Shown piece by piece: positions 10,306 to 19,100 of a DNA stretch of 64,000 nucleotides. The stretch's first letter is position 1, and each line of letters begins with the position of its first letter. The position numbers were made by a program, and so were the translations under genes. Location of the stretch: positions 251,435-315,434 of the forward strand of contig CAWFJP010000017.1 in the NCBI GenBank assembly GCA_963816145.1. Direction: 5' to 3'. The notes under the pieces are model-generated. The model searched no databases, had not been told where the DNA came from, and saw nothing but the letters and a program-made list of their open reading frames with translations. Source of the stretch: an uncultured delta proteobacterium (GTDB lineage Bacteria > Desulfobacterota > Binatia > UBA9968).

Positions 10306-11041
10306 TTTGGGAGAATAAATGGAGACCGTCTGCTATCAGGCAAAGAATCCCGGACGTGTTTGTTGTGCTGAACTAAGGACAATTCAACTCCAAGCTGTGG
10401 TCATACCGAATTCGTGAAGCGATCCAAAGAGCTTCAACCCACCAAACAAACTCGCCGTGGCTTCAGAAGAGCGCACCCGTATTTATGTAAAAGTCGACTC
10501 GTGTCTACCTTGTCCGCGCTGCCTACACGGAGAGTTTTCAGCCGCCGTGACGAGTAACCAGAATCTATTCTGAGCCATCAATGGGACCTTTTGACATTCC
10601 ATATGGATTTGTTGAATCGCTCTTCTTAATTGATATGGAATGACAACTGACGGCGAACTCAACGTGCCGCTAGCAGCAAGAGGGTACGGTCACATCCTGT
10701 AGTTTTCCAATACACGGGCCTAGGATTTCAAAACTGACTTGCAGCTTTAACAGAGCAAAGTGCGCTGCCTGGCGTAAGTTTTGCGTATCCGAAATAGCTG
10801 TGATTTCAGTTGGCGTGCTCAACTACAGGGCCCTAGTCAGTCTACTGCCTTGTGTATCGGGTATTGTCGAGAAGTCCGTGTATAGGTGAACATGGTGCAA
10901 TACAACGCCGAAATAGTTGGCTCTGCCGTCAGGGTCCAGAGTCTACAAATGGGTTCCATATACGACTCTGTCGCGCTCTTCATGTGCCCGGAGAGCGGCG
11001 AATAATTTTTTCTTAGTATTTGGCGGTTCGAAGTATTACTG

Positions 11042-12709
11042 ATGTGTGGGATTGCGGGAATAGTTGATCCGGCGCTCGACCGAGATCAGGGCAAGATTCT
11101 ACTGGAACGGATGCTAGGATCTATCCGGCACCGTGGACCCGACAATTCGTCCGTATGGATAGATCCCCCGGTGATGCTGGGACATAACCGCCTGAGCATC
11201 ATCGATCTCAGCGACGCGGCCAACCAGCCGATGGAATACGGAGATCTGGTGATCGTCTACAATGGCGAGATTTACAACTACGTTGAAATCAAAAAAGAGT
11301 TGATTGAGAAAGGTTACCGCTTTCGGACGAGTTCCGACACAGAAGTCATCCTCGCGGCGTACCAAGAGTGGGGTGCGGAAAGCGTCAAGCATTTCGTCGG
11401 AATGTGGGCTTTTGCGATCTGGGACAGAGCAAAAAGAGAGCTCTTCTGCTCGCGAGACCGGTTTGGGATCAAGCCGTTCTACTATATTCATGCGGGTGAC
11501 AAATTCTATTTTGGCTCCGAGTACAAGCCGTTAAAACTGTCGCCAATTTTCAGGAATAGTTTTAACCAAGCACAAATCGCTAGGGGCTTGTTGGAAGCGA
11601 TGGTGTCCTACCAAAATGAAACCTATTTTGCTTGTTTGAAAATCCTCCCACAGCGAACCAATTTGCTCTTCAAGGACGGCAGAGTAAAGGTAACCGAGTA
11701 CTGGGATATCGATCCTTCAAGAAAATTTCACGCAGCCTTTGAGGAAAAGAAAGACCGGTTTTGCGAACTCTTTCGAGACAGCACCAAAGTGCATATGCGG
11801 AGTGATGTCGAAGTCGGCGCATGCCTGAGCGGCGGCCTCGACAGCTCGTCGATCGCTTCGGTAGTGGCTACGGATTACCGGGAGGTCCCTTTAAAGACAT
11901 TTAGTATTTATTACGAGGGCGAAGGCCAAATGGATGAGCGCCCTTGGATTAGAGAAGTCCTGAGAATGTATCCTCAAATAGAGCCCGTCTTTTATAGCCC
12001 GTCAGAAGAGGATGTCAGAGAATTTTTCGACCATGCAGTCTTAATAAACGACGCCCCATTACTAAGTTCGTTGCCTCTGTCTCTTTACTTTGTGATGAAA
12101 GTCGCCAAGCACCATGGAATGAAAGTTATGCTAGACGGCCAAGGTGCCGATGAATATCTCGGCGGATATTCACCCTCGAGCGAAAAGCAGGTCGACTGGA
12201 TTTCCTTAAGTTCGGGCAAGAGACCTGAAACTTCTATCAAAACAGTTGGGGGATCTCGTTCGAAGCAATATTTATATCACTTGATGTTTGCGATGCCTTT
12301 GCCGGAGCTTCTGCACTACGGGGATCGTATGTCCATGGCTTTCTCCATAGAGTGCCGGGTACCGTTTTTGGACCATCGGTTGGTGGAATTCGTTCATTCG
12401 TTGGATGACGAGGACATCGTGGCGGAAGGGGAAACAAAATACATACTGCGGAAATCACTATACGGGTATCTGCCTCGGGGAATCGTGAATAGAATAAAAA
12501 AACAGCCATTTTTTGGAGGGGAGGCCGCGATGTGGCTACGCGGGCCTTTAAGGTTTTTGACCGAGCCGCCATTGAACTTGGATCGGCTTCGCATCTTAAA
12601 CTCCGAAAAAATAGGCGGGCTGTTGGACAAGTTTAAGAGCGGCGACAACAGCGATGTGAGGTTTGTCTGGAGACTCGCGTTAACCAATTATTGGCTGAGC
12701 CAACAATAG
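11042..12709 (+). CDS. asnB: Asparagine synthase (glutamine-hydrolysing)-like amidotransferase
   Basis: MCGI N-terminus, HRGPD, RLSIID, NGEIYN, LSGGLDSS, DGQGADE, RVPFLDH. Confidence 0.9.
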   Translation: MCGIAGIVDPALDRDQGKILLERMLGSIRHRGPDNSSVWIDPPVMLGHNRLSIIDLSDAANQPMEYGDLVIVYNGEIYNYVEIKKELIEKGYRFRTSSDTEVILAAYQEWGAESVKHFVGMWAFAIWDRAKRELFCSRDRFGIKPFYYIHAGDKFYFGSEYKPLKLSPIFRNSFNQAQIARGLLEAMVSYQNETYFACLKILPQRTNLLFKDGRVKVTEYWDIDPSRKFHAAFEEKKDRFCELFRDSTKVHMRSDVEVGACLSGGLDSSSIASVVATDYREVPLKTFSIYYEGEGQMDERPWIREVLRMYPQIEPVFYSPSEEDVREFFDHAVLINDAPLLSSLPLSLYFVMKVAKHHGMKVMLDGQGADEYLGGYSPSSEKQVDWISLSSGKRPETSIKTVGGSRSKQYLYHLMFAMPLPELLHYGDRMSMAFSIECRVPFLDHRLVEFVHSLDDEDIVAEGETKYILRKSLYGYLPRGIVNRIKKQPFFGGEAAMWLRGPLRFLTEPPLNLDRLRILNSEKIGGLLDKFKSGDNSDVRFVWRLALTNYWLSQQ

Positions 12710-12808
12710 CCGGAGTTTTTGTGGTCGCATGATTCACCGTTCATAACCGCCGATCTCAATTTATCCGTATTGAGGCAAACCATTGCTTTAAATCATGTAA
12801 ATTACGCA

Positions 12809-15800
12809 ATGACAACTGAGAACCCAAAGTCTGCTCCACAATCATCGAACTGGCAAACTCCGAAAGATGGATCGAAACGCCAGAAGGAGTCGCTGCAGGA
12901 GCTGTTACATCACGCGTGGTTCTATTCAGCTTTCTACCGGGAGCTTTGGGCTAATCATGGAATCAAAGAGAGCTCTCTGTCGGAACTGACACTCCGTGAC
13001 TTACCTTTCGTTTCGAAGAAGCTCATGATGGATAACTTCGACGCAGTGGTGACCGATTCACGGCTGCGAAAACATGAAATAGAGGAGTGGATTCAGAATA
13101 ATCCCGACCCGGCGGCCGATTACCGTGATGGGGTGATTGTTGTCCATAGTTCCGGTTCTTCGGGAGAGATGGGTATTTACCTCTATGATCGACGAGCTTG
13201 GTACTTCGCGAACGCTACCATTGCGAATCGTGTACCAACCATTACGAATTGTGCGTCAGATCGAACAAGGGTCGCGATTTATCTCGCCTCCCACGGCCAT
13301 TTTGCAGGTGTCTCGACGGCTGTGCGGATGCCGTCGCATATATACAACGTGCAGATTCATTCTGTGCTTCATGACACTGATCGCGTGGTGGAGCAACTTA
13401 ACGCTTTTGGACCACATCGAATCGGTGGTTATTCAAGCAGCGTGGCGACCTTGGCGGAGTTGGCTCTTCAAGGGAGTCTTCAAATCCATCCAAAGACGAT
13501 ATTGGTCAGTGGTGACAAACTTACCGCTCAGATGGAGCAAAGTATTTGGGACGCGTGGAACCTGCCTGTTCACGTCCTGTACAGCGCGTCAGAATCCTTG
13601 TGCATAGCCGTCAAAACCCCAGGGACAGATGAGATGACCGTGTTGGATGAGCTGAATTCGCTCGAGGTCCTTGATCATCAAGATGAACCGGTTTTGCCCG
13701 GCACTGCGGGACGAGCAGTTCTGACGAATCTATATAACTACACGTTTCCAATAATTCGATATGAGCTAGGAGATTATTTGACTGTGGGGTCTACAAACGG
13801 AACTGCCGGTGTCACAAGCCTCCGAGATATCGAAGGCCGGCTCCGGGATGCGTTGCCTGTCGTTTTGGGGAATGGAAATTATGACACGATCCACCCCATC
13901 GCGTTGGCGGAATTTTTTGTACCGGGTCTTACGAGGATTCAATTTGTTTCGGTGCTCCCGGAATACGTTCTAATAAACTATGTGGCGAGTAGTGATCTTA
14001 GCGGATTAATCCAAACGGAGTTTCAACGAATACTCCGAATTAAGGGCGCCACGCAAACCCGCTTCGAGGTTCACCGAAAAGAACATATTCCGAACGATCC
14101 GAAAACCGGAAAATTTGCGCTGGTTAAGATCGAACCTCCAAAAGCTGATGTAAAGTCTCTCGGAAACCATTCTGAAACGGACTTGGTTACCTCGATGGCG
14201 CTGAATTCCTCGATGAACGTTGTCCTATCCAATCAAAACGAGATCGGGCCGTCGATCATCGACCGCTTTGAAATGCAGGTGGCAAAGTGTCCTGAGCGCA
14301 TTGCCGTGAAGACGAAACGCATCCGCCTCACTTACACGGAATTGAATGAGGCGGCCAATCGTTTGGCACGAGCGATTGTTGGAAAGCGCGGCCAAGAGCA
14401 AGAGCCGATTGCGCTATTGCTAGAGAACGGCGCGCCAATCATGACGGCGATCTTCGGCGTGTTGAAGGCGGGTAAGCTCTACATGCCGCTGGACCCATCG
14501 TGTCCCCAAGCGCGGATCACGGCGATGCTGGAGGATTCTCAGGCACAACTGATCATTACCAACGCTCGCCATCACACTCTGGCCCATGAATCAGCGGGAA
14601 ACGGCGTTCAGGTTATAAACATCGACGATCTCGATTCGAGCGTCTCCACTGAGAACTTACAACTTCCGCTTTCGGCGGATACGCTTGCCTGCATACTTTA
14701 CACTTCTGGCTCGACCGGTGAACCGAAGGGTGTGGTCCACAGTCATCGTAATATTCTGCACAAAACGATGGAGTACACCAGGGCGCTGCATTTTTGTATG
14801 GAGGACAAGATCGCGCTTATGAGCCCGTGCACTTTTAGTTTGTCGGTGGGCTTCATCTTCGGAGCTTTGCTAAACGGCGCATGTCTCTATCCAGTCGATG
14901 TCAGAGGGGAAGGACTTGTGCATCTCGCGGATTGGTTCCGCCAGGAAGAGGTTACCGTTTACAACTCGGTGCCGACGGTGTTTCGCAATTTCGCCGATAC
15001 GCTACCGCGGCAAGAAAACCTCCCCAGATTGCGACTCATCCATCTCGGCGGAGAGCCGGTGACGGCTAAGGATGTGGCGCTGTATAAGAAACGTTTCGCC
15101 CCGGACTGTGTTCTGTTGCATCATGTGGGTTCCAATGAAACCGGCACGATCGCCCAATGTTTCATCGATAAGAAGACCCCGGTTCACGGCAATACCGCGC
15201 CTGCTGGCCAAGCGGCTCAGGATAGCAAAATCCTGGTGCTGGACGACGACGGTAAACCGCTGGGATTTAACCGTGTTGGCGAGATCGCTGTGCGAAGCCG
15301 TTACCTCGCCGTGGGATATTGGCGCAGGCCGGAGCTTACACGTGCCGCTTTTCTGCCGGATCCCGCGGGAAGTGATGAGAGGATCTATCGCACGGGCGAT
15401 TTGGGTCTTCTCCGACCTGATGGCTCGCTGGAACACTATGGCCGCAAAGACTTTCAGGTGAAGATCAGGGGCCAGAGAGTCGAAGTCATCGAGATCGATA
15501 TGGCCCTAGCTAAGCATGGCGCAGTCAAAGAGGCTGTGACCGTGGCGCGCGAGGATGGACAGGGCGATAAGTACCTGGTGGCCTATGTCGTTTCGTCTAG
15601 CGAGCCCGCGGTGACGAGTAAAGAGTTGCGGTTATTTCTGCAGCAGCGGTTGCCGGAGTACATGGTGCCTTCGTCAATTGTGTTCCTGGATGCTATGCCG
15701 CTCACGCCCAATGGAAAATTGGATCGCCAGGCCTTGCCGGCGCCGTCCATGGAGAGAGTCGATGACGCGCCGGGGCGTGCTTTACCCAAAGACACGTTGG

Positions 15801-16135
15801 AACGTCGCTTGGCGGAGATCTGGGAAATGCTTTTGGGCGTTCACCCGGTGGGGATCCACGATAACTTTTTCGACATCGGTGGTCACTCGCTGTTGCTCAT
15901 TAAATTGCACGGCGAATTACAAGCAGCATTCGGAGTCGATATCCCGATGATTCAGTTGTTCCGATCGCCCACTATCAGCGCCCAGGCTGAATACTTGAGT
16001 CAAGCGACAATCCCGCTTCCGCCGCAAAAAAGCAACGAGTCGTCCGCGCAAGAGCGCGCGGCGCAGCAAAGACAGCGGGGACTGCAAGCCTTGGCCCAAC
16101 GGAGCGCTAGCACACGCGTCACGTCGAATAGCTGA
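12809..16135 (+). CDS. NRPS loading protein: phenylacetate-CoA-ligase/F390-synthetase-like domain fused to A-T
   Basis: N-terminal domain with LPFVSK, HSSGSSG, YSASE, LTNLYNYTFPIIRYELGD; then an A domain (LTYTEL, YTSGSTGEPKG, YRTGDL, QVKIRG, NGKLDR) and T domain (GGHSL). Start could be 12719. Confidence 0.85.
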   Translation: MTTENPKSAPQSSNWQTPKDGSKRQKESLQELLHHAWFYSAFYRELWANHGIKESSLSELTLRDLPFVSKKLMMDNFDAVVTDSRLRKHEIEEWIQNNPDPAADYRDGVIVVHSSGSSGEMGIYLYDRRAWYFANATIANRVPTITNCASDRTRVAIYLASHGHFAGVSTAVRMPSHIYNVQIHSVLHDTDRVVEQLNAFGPHRIGGYSSSVATLAELALQGSLQIHPKTILVSGDKLTAQMEQSIWDAWNLPVHVLYSASESLCIAVKTPGTDEMTVLDELNSLEVLDHQDEPVLPGTAGRAVLTNLYNYTFPIIRYELGDYLTVGSTNGTAGVTSLRDIEGRLRDALPVVLGNGNYDTIHPIALAEFFVPGLTRIQFVSVLPEYVLINYVASSDLSGLIQTEFQRILRIKGATQTRFEVHRKEHIPNDPKTGKFALVKIEPPKADVKSLGNHSETDLVTSMALNSSMNVVLSNQNEIGPSIIDRFEMQVAKCPERIAVKTKRIRLTYTELNEAANRLARAIVGKRGQEQEPIALLLENGAPIMTAIFGVLKAGKLYMPLDPSCPQARITAMLEDSQAQLIITNARHHTLAHESAGNGVQVINIDDLDSSVSTENLQLPLSADTLACILYTSGSTGEPKGVVHSHRNILHKTMEYTRALHFCMEDKIALMSPCTFSLSVGFIFGALLNGACLYPVDVRGEGLVHLADWFRQEEVTVYNSVPTVFRNFADTLPRQENLPRLRLIHLGGEPVTAKDVALYKKRFAPDCVLLHHVGSNETGTIAQCFIDKKTPVHGNTAPAGQAAQDSKILVLDDDGKPLGFNRVGEIAVRSRYLAVGYWRRPELTRAAFLPDPAGSDERIYRTGDLGLLRPDGSLEHYGRKDFQVKIRGQRVEVIEIDMALAKHGAVKEAVTVAREDGQGDKYLVAYVVSSSEPAVTSKELRLFLQQRLPEYMVPSSIVFLDAMPLTPNGKLDRQALPAPSMERVDDAPGRALPKDTLERRLAEIWEMLLGVHPVGIHDNFFDIGGHSLLLIKLHGELQAAFGVDIPMIQLFRSPTISAQAEYLSQATIPLPPQKSNESSAQERAAQQRQRGLQALAQRSASTRVTSNS

Positions 16136-16166
16136 TCAGGTTTCGTTTGGTGGGGTAACGAAAGAA

Positions 16167-19100
16167 ATGAGCGAATCAAATACTTTCCATAGTTCCTTCT
16201 CTTCCAACGGGATGGAAATCGCCATTATCGGCATGGCCGGCCGGTTTCCGGGTGCGCGGAATCTCGAGCAGTACTGGCGGAACCTGCGCGACGGAGTAGA
16301 GTCGGTGTCGTTTTTCTCTAATGAAGAGTTGATGGCTGCCGGTGTAGGCCGGGAATTGCTCGAGGATCGCAACTATGTGAGGGCAGGTCTTGTTCTAGAT
16401 GACGTGGATCTTTTCGATGCGCCGTTTTTTGGCTTGTCTCCGCGCGAGGCAACGATCCTGGATCCGCAGCAGCGCTTCTTCTTGGAATGCGCCTGGGAAG
16501 CACTGGAACAGGCGGGCTATAGTCCGGACAGCCTAGAAAGACTGACCGGGGTCTATGGCGGTGTAGGTCAGAACAACTACCTTCGAGTCAACCTGCTCGC
16601 AAACCGGCAAAATGGCGAGGGCTTTCAAGAGTACGAGTTAGGAATTGCCAATGAGAAGGATTTCCTGACGACGCGAGTGGCTTATAAACTGAATCTTCGC
16701 GGTCCGAGCGTGACGATTCAAACAGCCTGTTCTACTTCTCTGGTCGCCGTCCACCAAGCCTGTCAGAGTTTGCTGAGCTATCAGTGCGACATGGCGCTAG
16801 CGGGAGGCGTGTCGATTTCGCTGCCGCAGAGGCAGGGATATCTTTTCCAGTCGGGTTGGATCTCCTCGCCTGACGGCCATTGCCGCGCCTTTGACGCCAA
16901 CGCTGCGGGCACCATCTTCGGGAGCGGCGCGGCGATCGTTGTGTTGAAACGATTGGCGGATGCTATCACTGACGGTGACAGGATTTACGCGGTGATCAAA
17001 GGCTCAGCGATCAATAACGACGGTTCTCATAAGATCGGCTACACTGCGCCAAGCGGCGCCGGGCAGGCTGAGGTCATCGCTATGGCGCAGGCGATGGCCG
17101 AAGTGGCGCCGGCGACAGTGAGCTACATCGAGACGCATGGGACGGGAACACAACTGGGCGATCCGATCGAGATCGAAGCACTGAACCAGGTTTTTCGCCA
17201 GAGCACCGAACGTAAAAGTTTCTGCGCCATCGGGTCGGTCAAAACCAATATTGGACACGTTGATGTCGCGGCTGGCATCGCGGGTTTGATTAAAACGGTT
17301 CTCGCGCTCAAGCATGAACAGTTGCCTCCAAGTCTGAATTATGAAAAGCCCAATCCTCAAATCGATTTCGCCAATAGCCCGTTTTACGTAAACACGGAAT
17401 TAAGGGATTGGAGGACCAATGGCCATCCGCGTCGTGCCGGCGTGAGCTCGTTTGGCGTCGGAGGCACTAACGCCCATTTGGTTCTCGAAGAAGGTCCCTC
17501 CGAAGAGCCTTCGACCAAGTCGCGCCCCTGGCAGTTGTTATTGCTGTCCGCGCGGACCGAAACAGCCCTCGATGCTATGACCGTTAACTTAGCTAAGCAT
17601 CTGTACGATCATCCCCACCTGAACCTTGCCGACGTCGGACATACATTGCAGGTTGGCCGCAAGGTTTTCACTCAGCGCCGCATGATTGTCTGTCGCGACG
17701 TGGCCGATGCCGTCGAGGTTCTGATGAGACGAGATTCGGAGCGCGTCTTTTCCGGGGCACACGAGCGTCACGACCGACCAGTGGCGTTCATGTTTACCGG
17801 GCAGGGTTCTCAGTACTCCGGCATGGCCCAAGGTCTCTATGAATCGGAACCGACCTTCCGCGCCCAGATCGATGCTTGCTGCGAACTTCTTAAGTCCCAT
17901 TTGGGCCTGGATCTGCGCGAGGTGATTTATCCGAATGGGTTGAGGTTTGAGAGTCGAGAGGCGAGGCGCAAAGGACAAAAGACGGTCGACAATGGATCAG
18001 TTAACCAGACCTGGCTGACGCAGCCGGCACTGTTCGTCGTCGAATACGCGCTGGCAAAACTATGGATCGAATGGGGAGTCGAGCCGCGAGCGATGATTGG
18101 TCACAGCATCGGCGAGTACGTCGCGGCCTGTCTGGCCGGCGTTTTTTCACTTGAAGACGCGCTGGCGCTGGTAGCTGCTCGCGGCCGGCTGATTCAGGAA
18201 CTGCCGGGCGGCGCGATGCTGAGCGTTGCTCTGGACGAGAGACAGGTTCGTTCCCTGTTGGGCGCGCAGCTTTCTATCGCGGCCGTTAACGCACCATCGA
18301 CATGCGTTGTCTCCGGTCCCACCGGCGACGTGGAAGCGCTGGAGAGGCGGCTCGCAGATCAGAGTACGGCTTTTCAGCGTCTTCACACCTCGCACGGTTT
18401 TCACTCGGCGCTGATGGATCCAATACTGGAGACTTTCACACGCCTGGTCCAACAGATCAAGCTTCATGGACCTACGATTCCTTTTGTTTCCAATGTCAGC
18501 GGAAGGTGGATCACAGCGGAGGAAGCGACCGACGCGAGTTATTGGGCACGCCATTTGCGGCAAACTGTGCGCTTCGGGGAGGGCGTGCGTGAGTTGATAA
18601 AAGGGCAAAATCTGGCGCTGCTCGAAGTTGGCCCCGGACAGACGCTGACTACCCTGGTGCGGCGTAATATGGTGACTTCGCGCGAGCGCGCTCTCTCGTC
18701 GCTACGCCAGCCGCAGAGCAATAATTCGGACGTAGAGTTCATCTTGAAAACACTAGGCCGGCTTTGGCTGCTGGGCGTACCGGTCAAATGGAAAGGGTTC
18801 TATTCGCATGAACGCCGCCGCCGTATTCCGTTGCCGACCTATCCCTTTGAGCGCCAGCGCTACTGGGTGGAGCCGGAGAAATCTTCGGTCGAGAATAAAA
18901 AGCAACCGGATTTGGTAAGTAAAAAGCCTGACGTTGCGGATTGGTTTTATGTACCGGTGTGGAAGCAAGCCCCGCCATTAGGCGTGCCTAGAATCGGCGA
19001 GAGTTCCGCGCAGTCTCGATGGCTTGCTTTCGTCGACGCTGACGGGCTCGGTGATCGAATCGTGCAACGGTTGCGCGAGCAAAATCAGCATGTCGTGACC

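Noticed and set aside
10380-11040. ncRNA or ops/JUMPstart leader upstream of the cluster
   Set aside because: No convincing structure or exact GGCGGTAG motif seen by eye; a covariance-model search would be needed.
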